From positions 12,620 through 76,619 of the forward strand of contig JALERC010000079.1 in NCBI GenBank assembly GCA_022763805.1: DNA of 64,000 nucleotides, in the 5' to 3' direction. Each line of letters starts with the position of its first letter. Position 1 is the stretch's first letter. The notes under the pieces were generated by a model. The model was not told the DNA's origin, did no database searches, and worked only from the letters and a program-made list of their open reading frames with translations. The stretch comes from Mycoplasmatota bacterium. Lineage in GTDB: Bacteria > Bacillota_I > Bacilli_A > RF39 > UBA660. This document shows positions 41,827 to 51,774 of this stretch, piece after piece. A program made the position numbers and the translations under genes.

Positions 41827-42628
41827 AAATATCTATAGACAAATGTTCTGCACGAACTGACAAATCATATCCGTGTCTATTTAATACTTCTTCTATTTTT
41901 TTTAAATTATAGTTTTTAAGATTATTTCTTAATGTCTTTCTTTTTTGAACAAAACTATCTTTAACCAATTTAAAGAATATATCTTCATTTTTTAAATTAA
42001 TTTTATTATCTCTTTTCTTAAATTGAACTACAATACTATCAACATTTGGCTTTGGTAGAAACACATTTCTACTAACATCCATTAATTTAGATACTTCATA
42101 ATAGTAATTTAGAAAAATAGATAAAGAACTATAATCTTTTGTTCCTGGAACAGCTTTAAATCTATCTCCCACTTCTTTTTGAACCATTACAGCAATTTTA
42201 TCAGGCATAATTTTATCTTCTATTAATTTCATAATTATTGGTGTAGTTATATAATAAGGTAAATTAGCTACAACATAAAGTTTATTATAACTATATTTTT
42301 TTATATCATCTAATACATTTGCTTGTAAAAAATCTTTAAAAATAATTTCAATGTTATTATATTCTTTTAGATTATCTTGTAACATATTTTCTAATGTAGT
42401 ATCAATTTCATAACACAAAACATTTTTTGCATATTTAGCAAGACCATTAGTTAGTGATCCTGCACCAGGTCCTATTTCTATAACTAATGTTTCATTATCT
42501 ATATCAACTTTAGAACATATACCATTTATTATATTTTCATCAATAATAAAATTTTGACCAAATTTCTTTTTAAATCCAAAGTTATTTTCATTCATTTTAT
42601 CAATCATTTTTTTAGGAGAATATTCCAT
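41801..42628 (-). CDS. rsmA: 16S rRNA (adenine1518/1519-N6)-dimethyltransferase
   Basis: FGQNFIIDENII, EIGPGAGSLT SAM motif, NLPY. Confidence 0.9.
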   Translation of the reverse strand: MEYSPKKMIDKMNENNFGFKKKFGQNFIIDENIINGICSKVDIDNETLVIEIGPGAGSLTNGLAKYAKNVLCYEIDTTLENMLQDNLKEYNNIEIIFKDFLQANVLDDIKKYSYNKLYVVANLPYYITTPIIMKLIEDKIMPDKIAVMVQKEVGDRFKAVPGTKDYSSLSIFLNYYYEVSKLMDVSRNVFLPKPNVDSIVVQFKKRDNKINLKNEDIFFKLVKDSFVQKRKTLRNNLKNYNLKKIEEVLNRHGYDLSVRAEHLSIDIFAEISNEL

Positions 42629-42673
42629 ATTTTCACCTCATTCAAAATATATTATACACAAAAAGGATGAATA

Positions 42674-43369
42674 TTACCATCCCCATCTTTTAACATTAAA
42701 ATTTGTATCATTATTAGTATTTATATTAATTTCTTTTTCACTTTTAAATGCTAAATCAATATGTATTATACCATTATTGTATGCTTTTTTCATAGAATAT
42801 CCAGTATCTAATACAATTCCATAAATTGGTTCATTAAGATAACTATTACTAATTTCTAATACTGTACCACATGGAAATTCTCGTTGATCTGCAGCAACTA
42901 CTCTAACATCTCCATATTCGGAGTCATTATAATATATACCATCATTAATTATACTAAACCATGTTCCATCTTTTTTTGGACAACTTACATATCCTCTTCC
43001 ATCACAAGATGCACAATCAGGACCATAAGATGTTAAAATACCATTATAAGAACCATTTTTTCCAAGTCCTATTTCTACAACTTTATCTATTTTTTCTTGT
43101 AAAGTAATATAATTATTATTAGAATCTAAAACTTGAATTCCATTTTGTCCCTCTGTAATAATTTTTTCTTCACCATATGGTAACTTGAAATTATATTTTT
43201 TTATAACATCATATTTAATTATCTTATTACTAATATTAGTACTTTTAATATTGTCCTGATTATATATTTGAATATTTTCTTGATTAAGATTAAATGAAGT
43301 TATTGAAGTCAAACAAATTACTATAACACTTAAAAAATTTTTAATTAAGTTATATATTATAGTATTCAT
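42674..43369 (-). CDS. Secreted G5-domain plus 3D-domain protein (YabE-like cell-wall protein)
   Basis: Signal/anchor N-terminus, G5-like segment, C-terminal 3D-type domain with conserved Asp residues. Same position (next to ksgA and tatD) as B. subtilis yabE. Confidence 0.6.
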   Translation of the reverse strand: MNTIIYNLIKNFLSVIVICLTSITSFNLNQENIQIYNQDNIKSTNISNKIIKYDVIKKYNFKLPYGEEKIITEGQNGIQVLDSNNNYITLQEKIDKVVEIGLGKNGSYNGILTSYGPDCASCDGRGYVSCPKKDGTWFSIINDGIYYNDSEYGDVRVVAADQREFPCGTVLEISNSYLNEPIYGIVLDTGYSMKKAYNNGIIHIDLAFKSEKEININTNNDTNFNVKRWGW

Positions 43370-43407
43370 CTAATCACCTCTTATTTACACTTAAATAGTA
43401 TCATAAA

Positions 43408-44157
43408 TTAAATATTTAAGTCAAATATTGAACATGCAGTTTCTGTAGTACAATTTATTACTTCTTCAAATGAAATTCCTTTTATATCTGCAATTTTTTC
43501 TGCTACATACTTTATATAATATGGATGATTTGTTTTTCCCCTAAAAGGTACTGGTGTTAAATAAGGGCTATCAGTTTCGAGAACAAAATTATTTAAATCT
43601 AATTTTGAAACCACTTCTACAAGCTTTTGTGAATTTTTAAATGTTAAAACTCCACCTATTCCAAATTTCACACCTAGTTTAATAAATTTTTTTGCCATTT
43701 CATAACTTCCGCTATAACAATGTAAAATAGCTTTAGTATTTTTAAGATACTTATTTAAAATATCATAGGTATCTTCTATAGCATCTCTACTATGAATAAC
43801 AATCGGCAAATTATATTTTTGTGCTAATTTAATTTGTTCAATAAAAAATTTTTTTTGTTCTTCTTTATTATCTTTATCCCAATAATAATCTAAGCCAATT
43901 TCTCCTATAGCCACTATTTTATCAGATATCATTTCTTCAATTTTATTTATATCACTAATTTTAAATTTTTTTACTTCACTAGGATGTATACCGATAGAAC
44001 CATATATATTATTATACTTTCTAATAAGTTTGCATACGTTCTTACTAGTTTCAATATCATATCCACTAGCAATTATGTAATTATCTTTCATTTCATTAAT
44101 TATTACATTTAAGTCTTCATAATTTTCTTCGTCCAAATGACAATGAGTATCTATCAT
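43408..44157 (-). CDS. tatD: TatD-family metal-dependent DNase/hydrolase
   Basis: MIDTHCHLD motif; conserved metG-tatD linkage. Confidence 0.9.
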   Translation of the reverse strand: MIDTHCHLDEENYEDLNVIINEMKDNYIIASGYDIETSKNVCKLIRKYNNIYGSIGIHPSEVKKFKISDINKIEEMISDKIVAIGEIGLDYYWDKDNKEEQKKFFIEQIKLAQKYNLPIVIHSRDAIEDTYDILNKYLKNTKAILHCYSGSYEMAKKFIKLGVKFGIGGVLTFKNSQKLVEVVSKLDLNNFVLETDSPYLTPVPFRGKTNHPYYIKYVAEKIADIKGISFEEVINCTTETACSIFDLNI

Positions 44158-44176
44158 TTTTGTTTCCTCATTTATA

Positions 44177-44377
44177 TTAAGAATTTTTTCTTAAATTAAT
44201 ATATTTTATAATATAATGATTCATTATAAAAAAATAACCTAAATGTAAAATATTAAATGAAAATATAATTCTTGCAATTACTAAAATATTTAAAAATATA
44301 AATAAATATATTAAATCTCCAACTTTTTTATGTAAAAAAATCCAATCTTCAAACAAATCTGAAATTATATCTTTCAT
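44177..44377 (-). CDS. Possible small hydrophobic protein (66 aa)
   Basis: ORF with AAGAGG SD 6 nt upstream. Hydrophobic core LIYLFIFLNILVIARIIFSFNIL. No homology recognised. Confidence 0.3.
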   Translation of the reverse strand: MKDIISDLFEDWIFLHKKVGDLIYLFIFLNILVIARIIFSFNILHLGYFFIMNHYIIKYINLRKNS

Positions 44378-44404
44378 AAAGCACCTCTTTCATTACAAAT
44401 ATAT

Positions 44405-44436
44405 CACTAAATAACAAAAAATTGCAACATTAGTTG
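44405..44436 (-). terminator. Intrinsic terminator after metG (stem AATTGCAAC/GTTGCAATT, T-run)
   Basis: 9-bp perfect inverted repeat, loop ATTA/TAAT, followed by TTTTTGTTATTT on the minus strand. Confidence 0.75.
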
Positions 44437-44439
44437 CAA

Positions 44440-45981
44440 TTATTTTTGTTCTAATTCTTTTAATTTTGCTTCTTTATCAATTCTTTCAAATAATGGATAA
44501 GGTTTATTTACATTATATTCATCTACTACTTCATTATAATTATTATTATTCGTTCCTAATTGTTCTAATATTCTAGTAGATGTTTCAGGTAAGAATGGTT
44601 CAAATAAAATAGCACCTTTTCTAATAGTTTCTAGTAAATTATAAATAACAGTTTCTAATCTATCATATTCATTTTCATTCTTAGCAAGAATCCATGGTGT
44701 TGTTTCATCAATATATTTATTAGCTCTTCTAAATAAATTAATAATAACTTCTACAGAATCGGCAATTCTAACATCTTCCATTAATTTTTCGATTTTATTA
44801 GGAGCATCTTTTGCATCTTCTAATAAACAACTATCTACTTCATTATTAATTTTTTTATTAGAAACTTTTCCATCAAAATATTTATTAGCCATAGAAATAG
44901 ATCTATTAACTAAATTTCCTACAACATTTGCTAAATCAGAATTAATTCTTTCAATTAACAATTCATATGTAAATGTACCATCACTTGAAAATGGAATTTC
45001 ATGTAAATAATAATATCTTAATGCATCTACACCAAATTCTTTTACAATATCATCAGCATAAACAATATTACCTTTAGATTTACTCATTTTATCTCCACCT
45101 AGTAATAACCATGGATGTCCAAATATTTTTTTAGGTAATGGTAAATCTAATGCCATTAACATAATTGGCCAATAAATTGTATGAAAACGTAAAATATCTT
45201 TACCTATTACCTGAATATCAGCTGGCCAATAATCATTAACACTATCTTTATCGATGCCATTATAACCTAAAAAGGTAATATAATTGCTAAGAGCATCTAT
45301 CCATACATAAATTACATGATCAGTGTCAAAATTAACAGGTATTCCCCATTTAAATGATGATCTTGACACACATAAATCTTGTAAACCTGGTCTAATAAAA
45401 TTATTTAAAATTTCGTTTTTTCTGCTTTCTGGTTGGATAAAATCTGGATGAGTTTCGATATAATCTTCTAATCTTTTAGCATATTTATCTAATTTTAGAA
45501 AATATGCTTCTTCTTTAGCAGGTTGTACATCTCTACCACAATCAGGACATTTACCATCGACTAATTGTGATTCAGTAAAAAATGATTCACATGGTGTACA
45601 GTATAATCCTTCATATACACCTTTATAAATATCTCCTTGATTGTATAGTTTTTCAAAAATATTTGCAACAGCCTTTTTATGAACAGGATCTGTTGTTCTT
45701 ATGAATTTATCATAACTTGTATTCATAATATCCCATATCCTTTTAATTTCACCTGACACTTCATCAACAAATTCTTGAGGAGTTTTTGAAGCATTTAAGG
45801 CTTTTTCTTCAATCTTTTGTCCATGTTCATCAGTACCTGTTTGAAAATAAACATCATATCCTTGTTGTCTTTTATATCTTGCAATTGCATCAGATAAAAC
45901 TACTTCATAAGAATTACCAATATGAGGCTTACCTGAAGCATATGCTATTGCAGTAGATATATAAAATTTCTTCTTTTCCAT
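44440..45981 (-). CDS. metG: Methionine--tRNA ligase (short form lacking the C-terminal tRNA-binding domain)
   Basis: HIGN and KMSKS motifs, zinc knuckle CPDCG; 513 aa. Confidence 0.9.
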   Translation of the reverse strand: MEKKKFYISTAIAYASGKPHIGNSYEVVLSDAIARYKRQQGYDVYFQTGTDEHGQKIEEKALNASKTPQEFVDEVSGEIKRIWDIMNTSYDKFIRTTDPVHKKAVANIFEKLYNQGDIYKGVYEGLYCTPCESFFTESQLVDGKCPDCGRDVQPAKEEAYFLKLDKYAKRLEDYIETHPDFIQPESRKNEILNNFIRPGLQDLCVSRSSFKWGIPVNFDTDHVIYVWIDALSNYITFLGYNGIDKDSVNDYWPADIQVIGKDILRFHTIYWPIMLMALDLPLPKKIFGHPWLLLGGDKMSKSKGNIVYADDIVKEFGVDALRYYYLHEIPFSSDGTFTYELLIERINSDLANVVGNLVNRSISMANKYFDGKVSNKKINNEVDSCLLEDAKDAPNKIEKLMEDVRIADSVEVIINLFRRANKYIDETTPWILAKNENEYDRLETVIYNLLETIRKGAILFEPFLPETSTRILEQLGTNNNNYNEVVDEYNVNKPYPLFERIDKEAKLKELEQK

Positions 45982-45994
45982 ATTATTCCTCCTT

Positions 45995-46250
45995 AAATTA
46001 TTATTCCAAGTTGATCATTAACATATAAAAAAACCACACCCTAAACTAAGGGCGTGATTACGCGGTACCACCTTATTCATAATATATTTAAAATATATTA
46101 CCTCAAACATTTAACGCATGTATACGTTCTAACCTACATATCGATTAAAAAGTTCCGGAACCATTCGAAATAGACATCTTATATTTAGCTCTCACCTTAT
46201 CTAAACTCTCTTTGATAATATTCTATTTTTCTTTCCATCACAACTTGTTG
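45995..46250 (-). promoter_or_regulatory. T-box riboswitch leader of metG. It has an AGAGA box, a GGTGA kink-turn, an AUG (Met) specifier, the T-box sequence AAGGTGGTACCGCG and a terminator (CACGCCC...GGGTGTG + U8). The promoter is TTGAAG-N17-TATAAT at 46256-46284.
   Basis: Reverse complement of 46061-46078 is the canonical T-box motif. A terminator hairpin at ~46030-46060 is followed by TTTTTTT. Confidence 0.8.
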
Positions 46251-46273
46251 AGTGTATTATAGCATATATTTTT

Positions 46274-46717
46274 TTATTCTTCAATATATTTTTCTATTAA
46301 ATTTATATATGCATTTACTTGTTTTTTTAATTCTTCTTCGTAATCTATTATTATCAATCCACCATATAAATAACCATTAACGTATACTGGAAATATTTGA
46401 TTATTATCGTAATATATATTATTAATTTTAGTTTTAAATTTTACAATAATATTTTTATCAAATTCAATATTTTCTTTTGATTTATATATATTTCCTGATA
46501 TATCAAAGAATATAATATTTTTTTTAAAATATATGCTCATATTATTAATAATAAGATTTAAAAATTTTTTAGTTTTATCTTCTATTTCTTTTTTTGATAT
46601 AACAATACTATCGTTTTCATATTCTATATTTAATAATTCACCATCATTTATATTTAACTTTTTTCTATAATCTTTAGGTATTACAATTCTTCCTAATGAA
46701 TCGATTCTTTTATTCAT
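46274..46717 (-). CDS. AbrB/SpoVT-family transition-state-type regulator (swapped-hairpin N-domain plus a ~95-aa C-terminal extension)
   Basis: N-terminus MNKRIDSLGRIVIPKDYRKKLNINDGELLNIEY matches the AbrB/MazE/SpoVT DNA-binding domain. The location upstream of metG mirrors B. subtilis abrB-metS. Confidence 0.65.
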   Translation of the reverse strand: MNKRIDSLGRIVIPKDYRKKLNINDGELLNIEYENDSIVISKKEIEDKTKKFLNLIINNMSIYFKKNIIFFDISGNIYKSKENIEFDKNIIVKFKTKINNIYYDNNQIFPVYVNGYLYGGLIIIDYEEELKKQVNAYINLIEKYIEE

Positions 46718-46826
46718 TTCTTCACCTCTAAATCTTATTTTATATATTTTTTTTGATTTTATACTTAATAGTGTGGTATATTTATGATATAATATTCAAA
46801 CAAATTGAAAGAAGGAAGGAATTTAT

Positions 46827-48443
46827 ATGAAAAAAACATATGTTTTTGGTCATAAAAAACCAGATACAGACAGTGTAACAGCTGCAATAAGTTTATCATA
46901 CCTAAAAAATCAATTAGGAATGGATACTGTTCCTGTAGTTTTAGGTGATATAAGTAATGAAACAAATTATGCATTAGAATATTTCAATGTTGAAGCTCCT
47001 AATTATTTAAATGATGTTAAATTACAAATTAAAGATTTAAATTATAATAAAAGTAATTTTATAAGTAAAAATGCTTCATTATTAGAAACATTTACCTATA
47101 TGAATGAACATATGGTAAGTAATATTCCAGTAGTTGATGAAGATTTTAAATTTTTAGGTACTGCATCAATGAAAGATATTGCTAGAGATATGATTTCTGG
47201 TAATCAAGAAGAGTTAGAAGCATCATATGAAAATATTTTAAAAACAGTAAATGGAGAAGAAGTATTAAAATTTGATGAAGAAATTAAAGGAAATATATTA
47301 GTAGCTTCTTACAGAAGTACTACATTCTTTGATAAAGTTGATATTAAAAAAGATACTATTCTAATTGTTGGAGATAGACATAGTATTATTGAATACGCTA
47401 TAAAAAATTCTGCAAAACTTATTGTATTAACTGGAGATAGTCAAATTAAAGAAGAACATTTAGAAATTGCTAAACAAAACAAGGTTAATATTATTAAAAC
47501 TAATTTATTTACTTTTAATACTGCTAAAGTTATCAATTTATCAAAAAATATTGAAAGTATAATTCAAAAAGATAATATTATTTGTTTTGATGAAACAGAT
47601 GATGTACAAGATTTCGTTGATGTAGCAAACAAAACTAAATTTAGTAATTTCCCAGTTGTTGATAAGAATGGAAAATGCTTAGGATTGCTTAAATTAGCTG
47701 ATATTGCTGATAAAGAAAAGAAAAGAGTAATATTAGTAGATCATAATGAATATGAACAAAGTGTAGATGGATTAGAAGAAGCAGAAATTGTTGAGATTGT
47801 TGACCATCATAAAATTGGAAGTATAGGTACAAGTTCACCTATTAATTTCAGAAATATGCCTGTAGGAAGTACAAATACTATTATTAATATGCTATATAAA
47901 GAAAATAACGTAGAAATACCAAAAGAAATAGCAGGATTAATGTTATCTGGTATTATTTCAGATACATTATTATTTGCAAGTCCTACAACAACCGAAATTG
48001 ATAAAAAAACAGTAAAAGAATTAGCAAAAATAGCTGATGTTGACTATACTAAATATGGTATGGAAATGTTTAAAGCTGGTTCTTCATTAAAAGGAAAATC
48101 AGAAGAAGAAATTTTCTATACAGACTTTAAAAATTTCACTGTTGAAGGTAAAAAAGTTGGTGTAAGTCAAATTTCAACAGTAAGTGTTAGTGATATTATT
48201 GAAAATGAAGAAAATTATAAAAAATTAATTAATGATATTGCAAAAAATAATGATTATTATATACTAGCATTGTTTGTAACTGATATTTTAACAAATGGTT
48301 CATATATTTACTATAATGATTCTGCTCATGAAGTATTAGATAATTGTTTTGGTGCCAATTTAAAACAAGGTAAATATCTTGAAGGCATTGTTTCTCGTAA
48401 AAAACAAGTTATACCTGTAATTATGGACAGTTTTGAAAAATAA
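46827..48443 (+). CDS. ppaC: Family II (Mn-dependent, DHH/DHHA2) inorganic pyrophosphatase with an inserted CBS-domain pair (CBS-PPase)
   Basis: N-terminal FGHKKPDTDS, DHH motifs VDHNE and IVDHHK, a C-terminal DHHA2 domain and a ~250-aa insertion with CBS-like repeats; 538 aa. Confidence 0.8.
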   Translation: MKKTYVFGHKKPDTDSVTAAISLSYLKNQLGMDTVPVVLGDISNETNYALEYFNVEAPNYLNDVKLQIKDLNYNKSNFISKNASLLETFTYMNEHMVSNIPVVDEDFKFLGTASMKDIARDMISGNQEELEASYENILKTVNGEEVLKFDEEIKGNILVASYRSTTFFDKVDIKKDTILIVGDRHSIIEYAIKNSAKLIVLTGDSQIKEEHLEIAKQNKVNIIKTNLFTFNTAKVINLSKNIESIIQKDNIICFDETDDVQDFVDVANKTKFSNFPVVDKNGKCLGLLKLADIADKEKKRVILVDHNEYEQSVDGLEEAEIVEIVDHHKIGSIGTSSPINFRNMPVGSTNTIINMLYKENNVEIPKEIAGLMLSGIISDTLLFASPTTTEIDKKTVKELAKIADVDYTKYGMEMFKAGSSLKGKSEEEIFYTDFKNFTVEGKKVGVSQISTVSVSDIIENEENYKKLINDIAKNNDYYILALFVTDILTNGSYIYYNDSAHEVLDNCFGANLKQGKYLEGIVSRKKQVIPVIMDSFEK

Positions 48444-48476
48444 AAATATTTAGGCTATACCCTAAATATTTTTTTT
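48444..48476. terminator. Bidirectional intrinsic terminator (stem AAATATTTAGG/CCTAAATATTT) between ppaC and mfd; the mfd stop lies in the stem
   Basis: 11-bp inverted repeat flanked by A- and T-runs. Confidence 0.75.
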
Positions 48477-51400
48477 AATTATATCTAATAAATCATTTAA
48501 ATAAAATATAAAATGTTTATCAAGTTTAACAGTATCTAAAATAATAATTAATTGTTTATTTCTCATAGAAAATCTAAACATTCTACTTATTTTACTTATT
48601 TCAACAAATAATCTTGAACCATCTATAACATCTGTAATTTCTTTTGGAATATAAACTTCAATAAAGTTTTTAGTTTGAATTATTTTATTAATTTTTAATT
48701 CGTTAGCTTTTTTCTCAAATAATTCTTCATACATATATGCAAGAATAGATTCATCAAGTTTACCAAATCTGTCAATTAATTCATCTTTTACTTCATTTAG
48801 CTTATTATAAGAATCAATCTGATTAATCTTTTTATGAATTTCAATTTTAATATCATTATCAGGAATATAATTATCTTCAATTGCAGTTTCAACATTAATT
48901 AATGGTGTATAGTCTTGTCGTTCTTCAACTTCAATTCCTTTCAATCTTTTTATTTCATTATCAAGCATTTGCATAAACATTTCTATACCAATAGTATCTA
49001 TAAATCCAGCTTGTTCACTACCCAAAATATCTCCTGCTCCTCTTATAGATAAATCTCTCATAGCTATTGCAAATCCACTACCAAGTTCTGTAAATTCTTT
49101 TATACTATTAAGTCTTTTGACAGCTATTTCTGATAATATTTTAGATTTATTATACATCAAATAACAATAAGCAATTTTATTAGTACGACCAACACGTCCT
49201 CTTAATTGATATAATTGTGATAATCCAAATTTATCTGCATCATAAACAATTAATGTATTAACATTAGGAATATCTATTCCTGTTTCAATAATTGTAGTAC
49301 ATAATAAGACATCATATACTTTATTTATAAAATCATTCATTATATCTTCAAGTTGAGTTTTTGTCATTTTACCATGTGCACATATGATTTTAGCATCCGG
49401 TACTAATTTTTGAAGTTCATTTTTTTTGCTCTCTAAATCTTGTACATGATTAAATAATAAAAAGCATTGTCCATCACGCGATAATTCCTTATATATAGCA
49501 TCTTTTATTATTTGATTATTTTCGGAAAGAACATATGTTTGAACAGGAAATCTATCAACAGGTGGAGTTTCTATCAATGATAAATTTCTTAAACCAGACA
49601 TAGACATTTGTAAAGTTCTTGGAATTGGTGTAGCAGACAATGTTAATACATCGACATTATCTTTGTATTTCTTAATTTTTTCTTTATGTGTTACACCAAA
49701 TCTTTGTTCTTCATCAATTACTAAAAGTCCTAAATCTTTAAATATAACATCATTACTTAAAATTCTATGAGTCCCTATCAATAAATCTACTTTACCTTCT
49801 TTAAGTCTTTCTAATATAACATTTACTTTTTTAGTTGGAACAAATCTATTAAGCATTTCTATATTGATTGGAAATGCTTTAAATCTTTCAATTGCGTTAT
49901 TAAAATGTTGATTTGATAAAATTGTAGTCGGACATAATAACGCTACTTGTTTACCACTCATTATTGCTTTAAAAATGGCTCTAAATGCTACTTCTGTTTT
50001 TCCATATCCAACATCACCACATAATAATCTATCCATTGGACGATCTTTTTCCATATCTTTTTTAATTTCTTCAATTGCTTTTAACTGATCTTCAGTTTCT
50101 GTATATGGAAATTCTTCTTCAAATTCATATTGTTCTTTAGTATCTTTTAAGAAAGCAAAACCTTTTGTAGTTTCTCTTATAGCATATAATTTTAATAATT
50201 CACCAGCCATATCTTGGATTCTTTTTCTTGCTTTTAATTTGGTTCTTTGCCATTCAGTGCCACCAAGTTTATTTAGTTTTGGTACAATACCATCTTTAGC
50301 TGAATATTTACTAATAAAATCTATTTTTTCAACGGGAATATATAATTTATCATCATCTTTGTATGATACCATTAAATAATCTTTTTTAAATCCATTTTTA
50401 GTTAAAGTCTTTAAACCACAATATTTCCCTATACCATGTGCTTCATGTACAACATAATCTCCAACGTCTAATTTATTTAAATTTCTTATTTTAGTACCTA
50501 ATCTAAATTTATTTTTATATTTAATTTCAGACTTGCTTCCATATATATCATTTTCTGTTATTATGGCGTATTTATCATATATAAAACCTTGATTCATTTT
50601 TTTTATAATAATATTAATCTTATCATTAAGAATATTATTTTCATCAGTAAAAACAATATCTGGGTTTTCTAAGTAATCAATTAATTTATTGACTTTATAT
50701 CTATCTGACATACATAAAATTAAAATATATTTTTTATTATATGTATTAAGAACACTATTAATAGTAGTTTTATCATTTTTTATAAATTCAACATTTTTAA
50801 AATTGAAATTTAATGCTGTTTTATTTTTTATAATATCATCATATTGATTAAAATATAATTCCTTATTATTTTTAATATCATAAAAATCATTCATATAAAC
50901 TGTATTTCCAAGAACATTATTACTAATACTATAATTCATCATTTCTTCAAGTAACGAGTCATAACTAGTTTGTAATTGTTGAAAATCATCAAATATTACT
51001 ATAGAATTGAAAAAAGAAGAAATATTTGTTGTATCAGTATATAATGGTAAATCTTTTTGTTTCAATAAAAATTTATCAATTTCCTTTTCTACTAAAAACT
51101 CGGTATTTGGATATATTGTAATATCTTTAATTTCCTTTGTTGTTCTTTGAGTATTGGTATTAAAAAACTTAATTTTATCAACAGTATCTCCCCAAAATTC
51201 GACTCTTATTGGATCTGTAAAAGAAATAGGAAATATATCTATAACAAATCCTCTAACAGAAAATTCTCCTGTTTTATTGACTATTGTTTCTCTAGTATAA
51301 CCTAAATCAACTAATTTCTTAATTAAATCATCAAAAGAAATATCTTCATCTTTTTTTATAAATATATTTTTCTTTTTATAATTATCAAGTGTTGGTAAAA

Positions 51401-51740
51401 ATCGTAAATATCCCATTAAATTTGTTATAACAATATTATGAGTACTATTACATAATTCATTTAATGTTTCTAATCTGTTAATTTTTAATTCTGGAGAGAT
51501 TGCAATGGCTTCACTTGTTAAAAAGTCATCCATGGGAAATAATAAAACATTGTCATTATAATTAGAGATACTTTGATAAAGTTTATTTGCTTCAAATAAA
51601 GTATTAGTAACAATAGTAATTGATTTATATTTTTTGAATAATGTATTAACAAGCAATGCTTTACCTTCAGTATTTAAACCACTAAAAATATCTGTTTGAT
51701 CAAAATCGATATTTTTAAATAAATCATTTATCATATTCAT
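48462..51740 (-). CDS. mfd: Transcription-repair coupling factor
   Basis: DEAD-like helicase motifs (GDVGYGKTEV, DEEQRFG), TRG motif, UvrB-homology N-terminus; 1092 aa. Confidence 0.9.
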   Translation of the reverse strand: MNMINDLFKNIDFDQTDIFSGLNTEGKALLVNTLFKKYKSITIVTNTLFEANKLYQSISNYNDNVLLFPMDDFLTSEAIAISPELKINRLETLNELCNSTHNIVITNLMGYLRFLPTLDNYKKKNIFIKKDEDISFDDLIKKLVDLGYTRETIVNKTGEFSVRGFVIDIFPISFTDPIRVEFWGDTVDKIKFFNTNTQRTTKEIKDITIYPNTEFLVEKEIDKFLLKQKDLPLYTDTTNISSFFNSIVIFDDFQQLQTSYDSLLEEMMNYSISNNVLGNTVYMNDFYDIKNNKELYFNQYDDIIKNKTALNFNFKNVEFIKNDKTTINSVLNTYNKKYILILCMSDRYKVNKLIDYLENPDIVFTDENNILNDKINIIIKKMNQGFIYDKYAIITENDIYGSKSEIKYKNKFRLGTKIRNLNKLDVGDYVVHEAHGIGKYCGLKTLTKNGFKKDYLMVSYKDDDKLYIPVEKIDFISKYSAKDGIVPKLNKLGGTEWQRTKLKARKRIQDMAGELLKLYAIRETTKGFAFLKDTKEQYEFEEEFPYTETEDQLKAIEEIKKDMEKDRPMDRLLCGDVGYGKTEVAFRAIFKAIMSGKQVALLCPTTILSNQHFNNAIERFKAFPINIEMLNRFVPTKKVNVILERLKEGKVDLLIGTHRILSNDVIFKDLGLLVIDEEQRFGVTHKEKIKKYKDNVDVLTLSATPIPRTLQMSMSGLRNLSLIETPPVDRFPVQTYVLSENNQIIKDAIYKELSRDGQCFLLFNHVQDLESKKNELQKLVPDAKIICAHGKMTKTQLEDIMNDFINKVYDVLLCTTIIETGIDIPNVNTLIVYDADKFGLSQLYQLRGRVGRTNKIAYCYLMYNKSKILSEIAVKRLNSIKEFTELGSGFAIAMRDLSIRGAGDILGSEQAGFIDTIGIEMFMQMLDNEIKRLKGIEVEERQDYTPLINVETAIEDNYIPDNDIKIEIHKKINQIDSYNKLNEVKDELIDRFGKLDESILAYMYEELFEKKANELKINKIIQTKNFIEVYIPKEITDVIDGSRLFVEISKISRMFRFSMRNKQLIIILDTVKLDKHFIFYLNDLLDIIKKNI

Positions 51741-51774
51741 TCTCCTTAACTACAAAAAAGATACTTTCGTATCA

